From Vitrella brassicaformis CCMP3155 (lineage: Eukaryota; Protista; Chromerida), in the NCBI GenBank assembly GCA_001179505.1, contig CDMY01000954.1, positions 62,001-126,000 of the forward strand: a stretch of DNA of 64,000 bases, read 5' to 3'. Below, in pieces: positions 1 to 11,342 of this stretch. Within the stretch, counting starts at the first letter, position 1. Each line of letters begins with the position of its first letter. A program made the position numbers and the translations under genes. The notes under the pieces are model-generated. The model did not search any database, had not been told where the DNA came from, and worked only from the letters and a program-made list of their open reading frames with translations.

Positions 1-3000
1 ATGCGTGGTCCTGACGAGGCCGTTGTACGGATCAGAAACGTCAAGCCGGGCTCTTTTGAGTTGAAGCTCGACGAGCCAGCGCCCTGCAGCGACCAAATCC
101 ACGGAGAGACGCCCATCGACTGGATGGTAGTGGAAGCCGGCGTGTACCCCCTCGACACGGAAATGGGTCTCACAGTGGCCGCCGGCACCGTGCCAGTGGC
201 TGGAGACAAGAAGTTTGTGCAAGTCGCCTTCCCTCCTGAGGCCTCATTCACCGACGCGCCCATACTCCTCGTTCAAGTGGGTGAAGGGAAAAGGGGGCCA
301 GACAATTTAAAAGGTCTAAAGCTGTTATATGTGCACATGCAGGTCCAGAGCTACACGAGTGGTCGCGTATTTGTGAAGCAGCGTGTTAAGGGCCTCAGCT
401 CCAGTGGTTTTGAGGTGGCTCTCGAGACGCAGGGGGAATCACTGGCAGACCCCAAGAACGAAGCCAACTTCGGGCAGGAGGTCCTTGGCTGGGTGGCCTT
501 CTCATATCCGCAGAAGGGCGTGCTGGAGGTCAAAGAACTGAAGGCAGCGATCATTGCAGGCATCACGGTATGTGACTCGCAGAGAATGTGTGCTTGCATT
601 TTCCTTTCTCTGCTCATCCATCCATCCCTTCAGCCTGCGGAGGTGGATGAAAAGCCTTACAAGATCAACTTCGGCGCCAGCATGCCGGACGCGCACTTAT
701 TCGCGTCGATCGTCACCTACAATGGATGGGACGCTGCACGTATGCGCATACACACGTATAGGCGTCTTGCCACCTGACCCACGCACACACACATGGGGCG
801 CATTGCTGATTTGTTGCAGAGCTGCGTGTTGCCAAGCAGGATGAGCAGGGTGCGGAGATATTCATCCAGGAGGAGACATGCAGCCCATTGTAATCGACCG
901 ACCAACCACAGATAGAGCCACATGTCGCCGCTTCACCGTAATTGTCTGTTTGTGTTCTTGCTCATTCAGGGTCCTTCCACACCCGAACAGGGAGAAGGTT
1001 TCGTGGATGGTGAGGCCGAAGTGGTCAGGATACTATATACACCAAGATGTCGGGTGAACTTCTGTCCATGCAGGCCATGGGCGCCCTGGAGTCGACTCCC
1101 CTTACCACAACACAGACGCCAACAACACAAGTGCCCACGACTACTGCCCCACCTGCCGCGACGACTCAGGCGCCATCTTTTGAAACACCGCAGCAAGAAG
1201 GGCAGCCGCCCACCACACAAGCCCCTGGAGAAGAACAAGCCGAGAATGAGGGCAACCAAACCTCTCCGACGGGGCCACCAGAAGCTGGTGCTCCCGCCAA
1301 TGAAACTGCGGCACCGCCCGAGGAGGTGCCCGAGGGCACGCATCCATTCAACAAGACCGAAGAAGAGGAGAAGCTCGACGAGAGAAAACAAGAGCTTGAG
1401 GCCAACGAATCAGAAGAAGGCGCAGAGTCCGAAAAGACAGCCAAGAAGCCTGAGAACGAGACCGCAGCAGTTGCGCCGCCACACGTGCTGCCATCCGAAT
1501 GCCAGCGCAGCCCCCGGCTGCACAAGGCGTGCATCGAGGCATGTGAGGACATCGGTGGGCTGCTGTCCCAAAGTGCGCCGAATCCCAATGCGTGCTGCCC
1601 CAAGACATGCGGCACGTGCGGCAGCAACGACTGTGAGAAGCGCCGAGGCGGTCCCGACAGCTGCTGCCCTGCTAAGATTGTGGCCGCAGGCAAGATATGC
1701 GGGCAGGACACCGACAAGCCGCCGTGTCTCATTGCTGTCGAAGGCGCGTCAGCCAATGAGACAACGGGCGAGCGCAACAGGACAGACCTCGAGGGAAAGC
1801 CTGAAATTGAACCCCCCAAGGAGCCTGTCTGGTTATTCGACTACGCCCGTGCCAGTCATGACCCGGGCCCGCTGATTCCCGATGGGACCATTCGCAAGGT
1901 GCAGTGCCGCCAGTCGGTCGGCTATCGGACATACCAGGGCATGGAACCCGAAGCGCAGATCACGTGCATTGACGGCGTGTGGACATTCCTCCCCCTCATG
2001 TGCAAAAGTAAGTGGCTGAGATACGCCAGTAGACGAGACAGAAGGTCACTTTCTCTCTGTGTGTGTATGTGTGCTTTTCAGGGGACTGTCCTCTTCTGTA
2101 TTTGGCAAAGAATGAGAATGATCCGGGCCCAGGAGACGACACGGTGTACATCCCTTACCAGTTCGAGCTCAAAGACCCAGCACAAAGCATGAAGTACGTC
2201 AAGACGGGTGATTCCGATCAGGAGCTGCCCGTCCACGGCGTGTCCATCACACTGAGGTGCCGTGACAGCGACATTCCCGGCCAGGCCTGGCACGCCGTCG
2301 TGGGCGTCGACGGGCCAAACGCTGGCGTGGATGACGCCTTCGGGAGAATGAAGTGCGTCAATGGGGAATGGTCGGCAATCACTCTCGTCTGCGCAAGTGA
2401 GGTCACACTTGCAAGAGAGAGAGATTCACCTCAAGTTCACTTGTTGGGTCTCTCTCTCATTGGTTGACGCACGCAGAGGAGTGCTCCAAGACGGATTTCC
2501 TGGAGCTGGTCCCAGCCAACGCATGGGCGATGAGCGGTCTCATGACTGACGCGACGGCCCTGCCACCCGAGGGCGGCCTCTGGGACAGCGCACTGGCCGA
2601 GACGTTCCTGCACGGCAGCATCCTAAGCATCGCCTGCAACACGGACTCGTCGCCCGTGTACAAGTGCACAACCGCCGAGGGGCTCGAGTCGGGCGAGAAC
2701 GTCACGGAGGTGGTGGTGCCTGAGGCGAAGAAACCTCCCAACACAGTCCTGACCAATGAGACCATCGTCTGCAAGAACGGCACCTTCACGCCAACCACCA
2801 TGAGATGCGAACGTGAGCAGAAGACACACTCTTGGACGTAATGTCTCTCTCGCTCTGTGTGTCTGTGGGCAGGGATGTGTGAGCTTCTGCCACTCGAGAA
2901 GCGTGTACAGCAGTCCAACGGGTACCTGGTCAAGACGCTGATCGACCCCTACTACCTGGCGAGGGCAAGCTGCCGAGCGGGGGCTGTGCGGCCATCCTGT

Positions 3001-6000
3001 GCGGACGGGCATCCACTGCCCGACAGACCTACCACATCAAGAAGACCAAGACGCCGAGCCTCGTCTACTGCGTCAACGGAAACTTCTCCGCCATCGAACT
3101 CTCATGCAAACGTATGTACGCGTCACTTCATTGGCCTGCCTGCTCACGGCAACACGTACACTGTTTGCGTATCTTTCATATTCTGTTGGCGTGCATCCAT
3201 ATATCCATCCATCCATACAGAGGAATGCGGCGAGTTGCCCGTGTCGGACGTGCGCTACATCGCCCTGCAGCACAACGGCCTGGCGCCCGGCAGCACCACT
3301 CCCCCTGATGTGCCCATCCGGCTAGAATGCCAGCCTGGCTACTCGCCATCCGTGGGCAGCGCCCTCGCCCTTCAGGGCAAGCACTCGGTCGGGATGGGTA
3401 TCAGCCAGGCCTTTGAGGAGATCCTCTGTGAGGACGGCGCCTGGTCGCAAGTCACGCTCGACTGCCGAGGTGTGCCTGTATGCACGAGAACACGGCCCAA
3501 TCAATCTGTCTTCTTTCTTTTTCTGGGTTGTGCTTGCGGCGTCCGTCCGTCCTTCAGCCGATTGTGGCGAGCCGCCCTTGCTGACTCCTGCCGAGGCGTA
3601 CGACGTACGTGGTGAGGGCGTGACGCATGGGTCTTTCCGCGACATCCAGTGCGCCGAGGGCTACACACCAGGCGTCAAGGGCACCGCAGCCGCCACCACC
3701 ATACACTGCCATGACGGACAGTGGACCATGAACCGCATCGTCTGCTACAGTGAGTGAAGTCTAGTGTGTGTTTGTGAGCAGTCATGGCTTTCGTCTGACA
3801 TCTCGGACGGATGCGCGTGTCATGTCCTCCAGAAAACTGCCCCGAGTATGGCACGTCGGTGCCCATGGACAATACCAGGATGAAGTGGAGTTATGAGACT
3901 TCATGTAAGGCCGACAGACAGACAGACACAAGATAATCTAACGTTGTGAGTGTGTGCCAGTGCGGATACAACGGAAGGTCGAAGGCGCTGCTCAAGAACA
4001 AGAGAGCGACGGCACTGCAGCTGGATCGGCAGCCAATGCAACCCAGTTCATAGACCAAGGCAACGACAACGCTACCACAAACAACACACACGGGAGTGGT
4101 GCTGCTGCCAATGAGTCGGAAATCGACGAGATGGCCCACGGCAGCCTGGTTCGTGTGTGGTGCGACCCTGATGGCGGCTACTACCACCACCGTGATCCCC
4201 AGGCCTTCATGCACCTCATATGCTTCGACGGCGAGCACACGCGACCCGACCCACTGCTCTCACTCGTACTGCCACTCGAATGCAGAAGTGAGCGAGACAC
4301 GACCACCAGCGCCCTGTCTCTCGCCCACCAGCATGATTGCGTGTGTTGTGTTGGTTTGTTAGGGGCGTGTGACAGGACCCCCGAAGAGACATACGGCATG
4401 ACGGCCGAGAATGGCTACCGCACACTGGATGAGGAGACCTCGACGTCTGAGTCCACCATGTACCACGGCACCCTGCGCAAGATCGGGTGCCTCACCAGCA
4501 CCCACACCGCCGAAGTCAACTTCGACGCCAAGAGCAGTGGGGCGGACAAGTGGCCGGGTGAGATGATCGAGACGGCCGCCCACGACGAGGCGGGCCAGTG
4601 GGACCCAATTGATGTGCTTGAATGCGACGACGGCGAATGGGTCGACCGCAATCTCCAATGCTGGAGTGAGCGAGCAAGCAAGGGAGGACCCACAGCAACA
4701 AGACGGCATACTCATCTCTGTTTGTTTGTCTGTCTACCTGTCTGATTCCTTGATCAGGGAAGTGTCCCGAGTACAAGCCGCCCAACCCAGAAAGGTATCA
4801 GGTGTTGGTGCCCGAGGGGGAGACCATCCCCTTCAAGAAGTTCCCGACTGTCGCACACGGCACTAGGAGACAGATACAGTGCAATGCCAAAAGGCAAGCT
4901 GCCGACGAACCGACCCACACCGACACCCACACACACACACACAGGCAGACAAACAAGGGGGACCGGTTGGCTGTGGTGCGGTGGCAGGATTACGAGCGGC
5001 ACTTTGAAGGGCTTCCGGTCGGGTTTCTACAGCCCTCAGATGATGCTGCAGTTCGGCCCTTTGTTCCTCGACAAGAAGATCGGCGAGAAGGCACAGATGG
5101 TGGAATGCAAAGACGGCGAGTTCGACACGACCACACTCGACTGCCAAAGTACCTAGCTGAGTGGCGCCTTTCCTTCGTGTGACTGACTGGCGCAAACGGC
5201 ACTTTGGCTGCCTGGCTATATCCGCGTGTGTGTGCAGAGATGTGTCCATCGATTGGCGACAAAATGCAGGAGCTGTGTAGGGACTTCTACCTGCAATTGG
5301 GGCCGGCAGACCAAGACGAGATGGGGCCGTGTAAGGGCAAAGGGGGCAAGGCGAAGAATGACTGCATCAATGCACGCTGCAAGGACCTCAAGGCGGCCCA
5401 TACGCCTTATCGGATCATCAAGTCGCTCATCGACCCCGACACCGCCACCACGAAGATCGTCGGCGACCCTGACCCGACCAAGATGGACACTTTCCCACAC
5501 TTCTCGAGAAAGGTAACGCACCCAGCCGGGAGCATCCACCGACCGCACTCGGCTTTCGTGGAATCTTGTGTCGTGTCTGTGTGTCGATCAATTGATGTGT
5601 GTTGCAGCCTGCCGACGTGCACCTGGTGATATGTGACGAGTCCAAGGGTTATGCGCCAACACACAGGGCCGTGGTGGATCTGTCCGACCCCGAACATGAC
5701 CCCTTCGCCTCCAGCATCGTGGGCGCAATCGATTGCTATGACGGGCAGTGGTCAGACCTACCATTCAGATGCAAAAGTAACCAAGCAACCAGAGAGAGCA
5801 CTAGCAGCACATATGGGCAGTGCATGTGTGTGCCGATCGGAGATGCTCTCTATGGGCGTGTGTCTTCCTCATCAGAGGGCTGCAAGGGTCCGTTCGATTC
5901 GGAGCAGACGTCCAACATCAAGACCGTCATCATGGGGGGCGAAGTCGATATCACCACAGTCGGTGGTGAGGCAGTCTGGTTCAAGAAAATGGCGGCGCTG

Positions 6001-8510
6001 CAGATCGACGGCGCAATCGCCCACAATTTCACCGGCGGGCCCTTCGACGACACACTCGACGATCAGGATTACTATTACTATCCTTCGGCTGACGTCGTCG
6101 ACGTGCATGACCTAATGGATGCCCTGGACACAGATGAGCTGTCATGGCGCAATCAGACATCCAACGACGCGACGGTCCCCTCCTCGTTCCGCGAGGCCCT
6201 CTCGGCGTTGCAGGACAAGTCTTCATCAAGCAGAAGGAGATACAGTTCGTGCAGTTGCGACGCAGAGAAAAAGACGCTGATGAGCCTCGATAGCGAGATC
6301 AGCCGTTTTAGGACGGACATCCAACGCCTCAAAGACCAGGCCAAGAAATCGCGTGAGGAGCGGGAGAAGATCGAGAGGGAAAGGGCGCGGCGGGCCGGGG
6401 CCGAACAACACAAGGGGCAGTTCGGTGTCCCGTACAGCACAGCGGAGCTGAAGTCAGCGCGCAAGTACACGGGGCCCCTCAACACCCGCATGTGGCGACG
6501 TCTCAAGAAGGACTACTTCGGCATGGACTACGTCATCAACAAGAATTCAAAGACCACGAAAAGCTTCATCCAAGAGGAGAGCACTGAGGAGACCCTGACG
6601 CACCAACAACAACAACAGAAGGCCGACCCGAGGACCTTTCTGCAGACCGAGCACACACAGACACAGACCCTCACTCAGCCCTACCCAGCCCGTATAAGGT
6701 GCAGGAGGAGATACGGCCAAAGGAAGGTATGCAATGAGTGCTGCCCCGAGCGCTACAAAGCCCAGATCGCTCAAAAAAGGGGAGCAAAGGAGTCTTTGTC
6801 GGCGGAAAAGGCCACGGTGGTGAAAAAGGCTCAGGAAGCGGCGGCGGTGCTCAACGCGCTCAAGTCCAAAAGCTGGGGCCTCATCAATGACGGCTTTCAT
6901 ATAATGTGGGGCCCCGGTAAGCACACGACTGACGCAGAGAGGGATACACACGGACGCAGAGCAGAGGACGTGTGTCTCTGCCTTCCTTTTCTTTCGTATG
7001 CGATGGGGTGGCTCACTCAGGGTGTTGTGACTTTCGCAACTGTTGGTTGAGGCGTAGCGTTGCCGGAAGGATGAACTACTGCACCAATTGGTACTACGGC
7101 GAGGGCACATGGGTGGTGATAGACATTGGTCAGCACGGCGCATCCCCTACGCCGGACGCCCAGGGCATTGAGGTCTACTCCATCTGCTCAGCAGGCCGCT
7201 TCACCGACCCAGTCATCCCCAGCACCTATCAGATTAGGCTATGATCCCCCCACATCCAGCCAAGAAGACCACCGAAGGGCGCCCCATTTTCCAACTGACC
7301 GACCACAAATTCATTCCCCAAGAGACGATCGAGGAGACATATGCGTCCCAAAAGGCAAAAGTAACAAGTCAGAATTGCATCGACGGCGGCACGTCGGTCC
7401 ATGTAGCGGGCCGGTCCTCGCCAGTGGCCCTTCGGCACGTCAGAGTGGGCGACCGAGTCCTCTCATGGCGGCCGACATCACGGGGCGGCAAGGGACAGCC
7501 CACATATGCCGAGGTCTACTTCAGGCGAAGCTACAGCAAGACATGGGCAAGGGCCACAACGCTTGCGGTCGGCAAGTTCCTTCCCCCTTTGGTGCTGTCG
7601 CCCAACCATCGGCTACCGGTCTGCCGGCCGAGAGGTCACAACAGCAGTGTTGCTTTGTCCTGGTCTCGTTATGGGGATGATATTTGTGAGGATATCATTG
7701 GTCGACTGGGAGATGCGGGCAGCTATATCCTGAGACATGTGGCGGCTCATGAAGTGTTGGCTGGTGACGTGCTCGTGACGGTTAATCATTCTTCTCTTGT
7801 GGCGAGGGGGATGGAGGTCTCTGCAGCGCTGCAGGTAGGTATTCACCCACATGTTCTTACCGAGACATGTATACGTGTCTCTGTGTTTTGTGTCCAGCAT
7901 CGTGGGTTTGAGCTGGTCCACACGACTACTGGCTACATGCTGGCTGGAGGGGCGGTCGTGACGGACTCCGATGAGCCCCTCGACGAATTTGTGCCGTGGT
8001 CATTTATCAACAACCTTGATGCCAGGTACTTACTCGGTTTCCCTATGCGCCACATCAGGCATCCAACGCCACTATGACTGACACCCCCCTCTGCCCGCTC
8101 CAGGTTGCTTTATGAGTTGTGGGGTCGTGATGGGGTCGAAGGTGCATGGTTCCAGACCTTCTGGAGGTACTTACGAGCAACAAAGCCACCAAGAGAAACC
8201 GAATGGTCAGTCCTTGTTGCTTCTGTGGTGTCTCAGGGCTGTGGCGGCTTACGATGAGGGCATGCAGGCCACTGTCAGAGATGTCCTGCATTCTCTGAGG
8301 CCATTTGTTCCCTTTCCTGTCATTTATGCCGTTTCGCTTTCGGCTGCCCTACTGTTTTGGCTTTGCATTTTTGGCATCTTCGCTGTGCCTCTGTTGATAG
8401 TTATTGTGGCATGTCGATACACATCTTCCTGCAGGAAATATGTGCGCGACCGCAGGTCGATCGCCATGTGGCTTGCCAAGCTCTTCAGGATTAAGGCCAA
8501 GGCTGCATGA
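1..8510 (+). CDS. Giant multi-exon surface protein (5' end probably upstream of window): H-type-lectin-like repeats, T/P/E-rich linker, Cys-rich module, ~10 CCP/sushi-like modules, coiled coil, Hint/Hog domain, C-terminal TM anchor
   Basis: ORFs 1-777, 1047-2192, 2063-2467, 2464-2841, 2857-3615, 3413-3757, 3954-4745, 5204-5629, 5599-7050, 6972-7244, 7241-8077 and 8112-8510 can be joined by GT/GC-AG introns. I checked phase at several junctions (2965-3026, 6917-7020, 7835-7897, 8026-8103, 8167-8236). A recurrent motif C..HG(S/T)..C..C.(D/N)G.(W/F)...C occurs about 10 times. The join at 7129-7260 is uncertain (see findings). Confidence 0.75.
7376..7975 (+). other. Hedgehog-type Hint (Hog) autoprocessing domain
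   Basis: Block A begins CIDGGTSV (Cys at 7376) and continues LRHVRVGDRVLS...GQPTYAEVYF. The block B equivalent is LVLSPNH (His at 7607). The C-terminal GFELVHTTTGYMLAGGAVVT resembles Hog G.YAPLT..GT..V.GV.AS. There is no terminal His-Asn, so it is not an intein. Confidence 0.8.
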
Positions 8511-8945
8511 GTGCTATGGGCCACTTTATGGGCACTCGCAACACTAGATGCGTCCATGTGCGTGCTTTGGTAATATAGGCTTACCGACCAGTGCCTTCAG
8601 TTTGACATTCGAGTATCATCAACCTTGTGCAGGCAGTGTCCCCTTCTCTGTGTGTGTCCAGCCAGTCATGTGTGTGCATCGATTACATGTCTCTGCCGAC
8701 CCCTCAGACACGCAAGGCATGCAAGCTGGTGTGTGTGGCGGCAATCAGTGAGTGCAGTGACACCCATTCAATATCCCCTCCGCCTGAATGGCTGTGCGTC
8801 GAGGAAGACCATTGGCAGCCTAGCAGCACGACCAAAAATACACCATAGCCATCGACCAAAGCGTCCCAAGCGAGTGAGTGAGCTCAGTAGGGCTTCCCTG
8901 TGTGGAGCAGACATGACACACAATGAGTTTGCTTTCACATGGTGG

Positions 8946-9946
8946 CTATACGCAGCTCTCCTTCCGCTCACCGATCAGAGGCTGCATGAGCCATCTCTGC
9001 TCAGCCATGTAGCGAGGGTAATGTCCCTGGTACCCCACGACCCCCAGCCTGGGTCCGGACGTCTTGCTCGCTTTGCGTCCTCTGCCTGCCACCGGTTTGG
9101 CGCCCCCGCTGCCCTCCTGCAGCCCCAGGATGCCCTTGGCTGTCTGTGTGATGGGAGGGAAGGGCGGGGGCGGCTGGCCCTTGCCCAACAGCTGCATGTG
9201 CTTCTCGACGGACTGACGGCTGGCCTTCTGCTGTAGGTATCGCTCACTGGCCAGCTGCTGGGCGACGTTGCGGGTGACTGAGAAGCGGCCGCCCAGTACA
9301 CCTGGTTCAGACAGGCCCGGGATGTGGCCTACACGAGAGACGAGAGACAGACAGACAGACAGACAATGGGAAACAAGTCTCCGTGTGTCCATCGACAGCC
9401 GCAATGCGTACCTGTGTATCCCGCAACTCCAGTAGACAGCCGTCCCACGCTCCTTCTCCGTCTCTCCGAGTCGGGCGGCAGCAGAGACGTCCCCTTGACC
9501 GCCAGCCTGTCCAAGGCAGCACTGCCCCCCTTGACACGCCGCTCAAGGACAAGTGCAGCCGCCTCCTTGGTCCGGACAAACGAACTCCCACAGATGTTCT
9601 CGGAGGTGACGGCGGGCACGTGGCCTGCATATCCAGTGATGGCGCCTTTCATGATCCTGTCGAGTTTGGGCATGAATGACGATTCGGAATTGGACTTGGC
9701 GAGCACCGTCCGCTCGTACTTGGAAAATGGCTTCATTATCTGAGCTGACGGCAGTCCGGCCTTATGGCTGGGTTCCATCGAGGCCGCTGGTGCGGTAGAC
9801 TCTTCGGGAGCATTGGCAGGCGGCTGGGAGAAGTAGTGTGCGGTTGGATCTTTGATGTCTGGAAGGGCCTGGGCACCATTGGTTGGCGGAGCCCGACACT
9901 CGGCAGCGGCTTTGGGTGAATCGGAGGGCTCTTCCCCGGGCTGCAT
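8946..9946 (-). CDS. PYG/GYxGxxP-repeat protein, FAM166/DUF2475-like candidate axonemal microtubule inner protein
   Basis: ORF 9329-9946 is spliced (intron 9329-9411) to ORF 8946-9404. Three motifs result: GYAGHVP, GYTGHIP (across the intron) and GYQGHYP. An upstream exon cannot be excluded. Confidence 0.6.
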
Positions 9947-10588
9947 TCTGGCGGACCAATCAAGACTTCATTTCGCACATTGGGGGGAGACTGCGAGCTA
10001 CGGCCACTGGCAGCTAAGGCCAGCAGGAAATGGATCTTTCTCATCGATGTTGATCTCGAGGCAGGCCCTCGAATCAGGAGAGCAGTGCTCGAACAACTAC
10101 AGCAGTCAGTGAGGTCCATGGCATTCACACACACGAAACCCACGCACAGAGGAATGGAGTGAATGAACAACAGACACATTTCCCTCTCTCCCTCGTTGCT
10201 GTCTGCCTCACGAATTACACACATCGGAAACACACACATCGCTGCGCACATATCACTCGATCACCTCTCTGCACACACGTGTGTGTGACGTCCGTGTCTG
10301 TCTGCATCCCTTCATCCATCCCCCATGATTCCTGCAGTCACTGCCGCTGCTGCCTCTCCTCTGGCTATCTAGCTCCCCGTTGCATTGGAAGCAGCTTCTG
10401 ACAAATCATCTCATCGCCTCGGTTCCATCCATATCCCTCCGCAATCAATCAATCGGTCCGTGCGCTGCGCCACTCCTCTCTCACAACAGAGAACAGTAAA
10501 AAGACGGGGGCCATAGACGCGATGCACCCACCCCACCAAGGGAAGGGCTGCATGGCCAACAGTGGCTGACATTACGCCTACACACACG

Positions 10589-10619
<31 letters not shown>

Positions 10620-11342
10620 AGAATGGCGGAAAATTAGGTCGATCTGGATGAAGGCGATCACGCGTCGTATCCCTCCATGTCGACATAGACACCGGAAGGC
10701 AGACAGACAGACAGACAGACGGAGAGTCGATGGATTAAAAGGCACATGGTCATTCACTCACTGTGATGAGCATCACATGATTGCACCGATCGATGCAGGC
10801 AGGCAGGCAACAAGGCGACATCGATGAACCGCTCCCCCCCCCCCCCCTCCCCTCTCTGCGCGTCCGTGCGCGATGTCACACACACACAAACATTCCGTTT
10901 TACCCAAAGAAGAGAGAGAAATCATCCATGGCATAGATAGATAGCATTGGCGTGTAGCGTGTGCACCTCGCCGCGGTGCACTACCTAGCCGCCCTTGCAT
11001 CTGCACAGGGCCTTAGGTAACCTCACCCGCACATAGACGTACACTCTCACACACACACACACAGATACGTAGCGAGTGGACAGATGGATATGCCTCTCTC
11101 CCTCTCCTTCTCCCTCCCCCTCCCCTCCCTCGCCCGACGCATACACAAGACGTTGCTCATCGTTCGTTGCTCACACGAATGAAACAATGAACTCTCTCGC
11201 TGTCGCTGCCGCCGTTCGACAGCACACCACACCACACAGTCAATGGTCATAAAAAACGGCACGCCACGCCATCCATCCCTCCATGCATGCAGCCGCCCAG
11301 CACACGGCAGCAAGTGCGATCGATCGCCCGCGAGTGTGTTGT

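Noticed and set aside
7376-8077. Intein or homing element
   Set aside because: No C-terminal His-Asn plus nucleophile and no endonuclease domain. It is followed by an SRR-like segment and TM, so it is Hog-type.
10159-11330. Short ORFs rich in H/T/C/V (also 19400-20550, 29560-30700 and 55400-58250)
   Set aside because: They are translations of (CA)n/(TG)n/(CAGA)n/(CATC)n microsatellites and antisense shadows of real exons.
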